A DNA stretch of 64,000 nt from Vicugna vicugna (lineage: Eukaryota). Location of the stretch: NCBI GenBank assembly GCA_013265495.1, contig MU061579.1, positions 420,872 to 484,871 on the forward strand, given 5' to 3'. A program made the position numbers and the translations under genes. The first letter of the stretch is position 1, and each line of letters begins with the position of its first letter. The notes beneath the pieces were generated by a model, which was not told the origin of the DNA, searched no databases, and was given only the letters and a program-made list of their open reading frames with translations. Below, in pieces: positions 62,690 to 64,000 of this stretch.

Positions 62690-63615
62690 AACACAGTAGG
62701 ACAGCAGAGGCAAAATAGGGCAAGATAAATATTAGGAAAAATAATGGCTGAGGAATTTAAAAATTTCTGCGTAAACCATAATCTAGAAGCTTATAAAATC
62801 CGAAAGAAGGGAAAACTGCAAAGAAAAACTTAGACACATTGGAGTCAAATTTACAAAAAACAAAGATAAAAAGAAAATGTTAAAACAGAAACAAAAACAC
62901 ACATTACAATAGCCAAGACATAGAGACAGCCTCAATGTCCATCAACTGATGACTGGATAAAGATGTGGTATATTTATACGATGGAATACTATTCAGCCAT
63001 AAAAATGACAACGCCATTTGCAGCAACATGGATGCTCCTGGAGAATGTCATTCTAAGTGAAGTAAGCCAGAAAGAGAAAGAAAAATACCATATGAGGTCG
63101 CTTATATGTGGAATCTAAAAAACAAAAACAAACAAACAAAGCATAAATACAAAACAGAAATAGACTCACAGACATAGAATACGAACTTGTGGTTGCCAAG
63201 GAGGCAAGAGGTGGGAAGGGATAGACAGGATTTCAAAATTGTAAAATAGATAAACAAGATTATATGTATAGCACAGGGAAATATACACAAGATCTTATGG
63301 TAGCTCACAAAGAAAAAAATGTGACGACTATACATATGTATATGTAAACTGAAAATTGTGCTCTACACTGGAATTTGACACAACATTGTAAAATGGTTAT
63401 AAATCAATAAAAAATGTTAAAAAAAAAACCACACACACATTACATACAGTCTCAAGGACAATAATGTGTGTGATGGTTGTCTTCTCACCTGAAAGAATGG
63501 AGGCTGAATGATAGTGGAATAACACCATTAAAGGGCCAAAAGAAAAAGAAAAAGAAACTCATCTGTTAATCTAAAATTCTGTACCTGAATAAAATAAAAT
63601 CACTCAAACTGAAAG
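62690..63615 (+). mobile_element. Old L1 ORF1 fragment hosting a young L1 3' end
   Basis: gaaaaataatggctgaggaattt...agacacattggagtcaaatt...[insert]...cttctcacctgaaagaatggaggctgaatgatagtggaataacac...tctaaaattctgtacc. Confidence 0.7.
62909..63432 (+). mobile_element. Young 5'-truncated L1 3' end, same subfamily as 11423-14885
   Basis: Colinear with ~13955-14480; intact AATAAA near 63406; TSD acacacattaca (62897-62908, 63433-63444). Confidence 0.93.
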
Positions 63616-63617
63616 TT

Positions 63618-63778
63618 GGTGGGGAGGATTATAGCTCGGTTGTACAGTGCATGCTTAACATGCATGAGGTCTGAGTTCAACCCCCAGTTCCTCCATTAAA
63701 AATAAATAAATAAACAAAGAAACAAACCTAATTACCTCCCTAACCCCAAAAAAGGTTTTTTTTTTTAATTTAAAAAAC
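63618..63778 (+). mobile_element. Vic-1-type camelid tRNA-derived SINE
   Basis: ggggaggattatagctcggttgtacagtgcatgcttaacatgcatgaggtctgagttcaacccccagttcctcc, (taaa)n, aaacctaattacctcccc; homologous to 48093-48237. Confidence 0.9.
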
Positions 63779-64000
63779 AAAAGGAAAGTCAGATAAGTAC
63801 ATTTTTGGATATATAAAGGCTGAGAGTATTCAATTCCAATAGACCTGAACAACAAAAAAAATGCTAAAAGACTTCTTTTTTCATTCTGCAAAATATGATT
63901 CCAATTACATTTATGGCTGACAAGTTAATACTGTCCTACAGCTCTCACAGTTTCTGTTCTTTGATTCCGTTCTCTTTTCTCATCATGCTTCAGCTTAAAT

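Noticed and set aside
1..64000. CRISPR-like arrays, operons or other prokaryotic systems
   Set aside because: The sequence is mammalian and has no regularly spaced repeat-spacer structure.

Overview
AT-rich mammalian genomic DNA, most likely camelid (camel/alpaca/llama/vicuna), judged from two copies of a tRNA-derived SINE with the Vic-1-type head GGGGAGGG..TAGCTCA..GGTAGAG.GCATGCTTAGCA. I found no host protein-coding exon, RNA gene or CRISPR-like array. Every ORF-track protein I could recognise is an L1 ORF1/ORF2 fragment, and the rest look like chance ORFs. The window is either intergenic or part of a very long intron. A large share of it is interspersed repeat: young and old L1, HAL1-like, L2, MIR, MaLR/ERVL/ERV1 solo LTRs and hAT MITEs. 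The most notable object is a composite retrotransposon at 11423-14885. It has a complete L1 5' UTR and ORF1, lacks almost all of ORF2 (half-L1 architecture, possibly by splicing), and carries a mutated polyA signal followed by apparently two serial 3' transductions, all inside one target-site duplication. Also present: two twin-primed inverted L1s, a poly(A)-only insertion with a perfect TSD, a templated insertion at a deletion junction, a near-consensus REST/RE1 site, a CTCF motif in an old LTR, and a CpG-retaining double-octamer promoter/enhancer candidate. Repeat family names come from recognition of consensus motifs, not from a database search, and old-repeat boundaries are approximate. 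I cannot claim a new biological system from this sequence alone.
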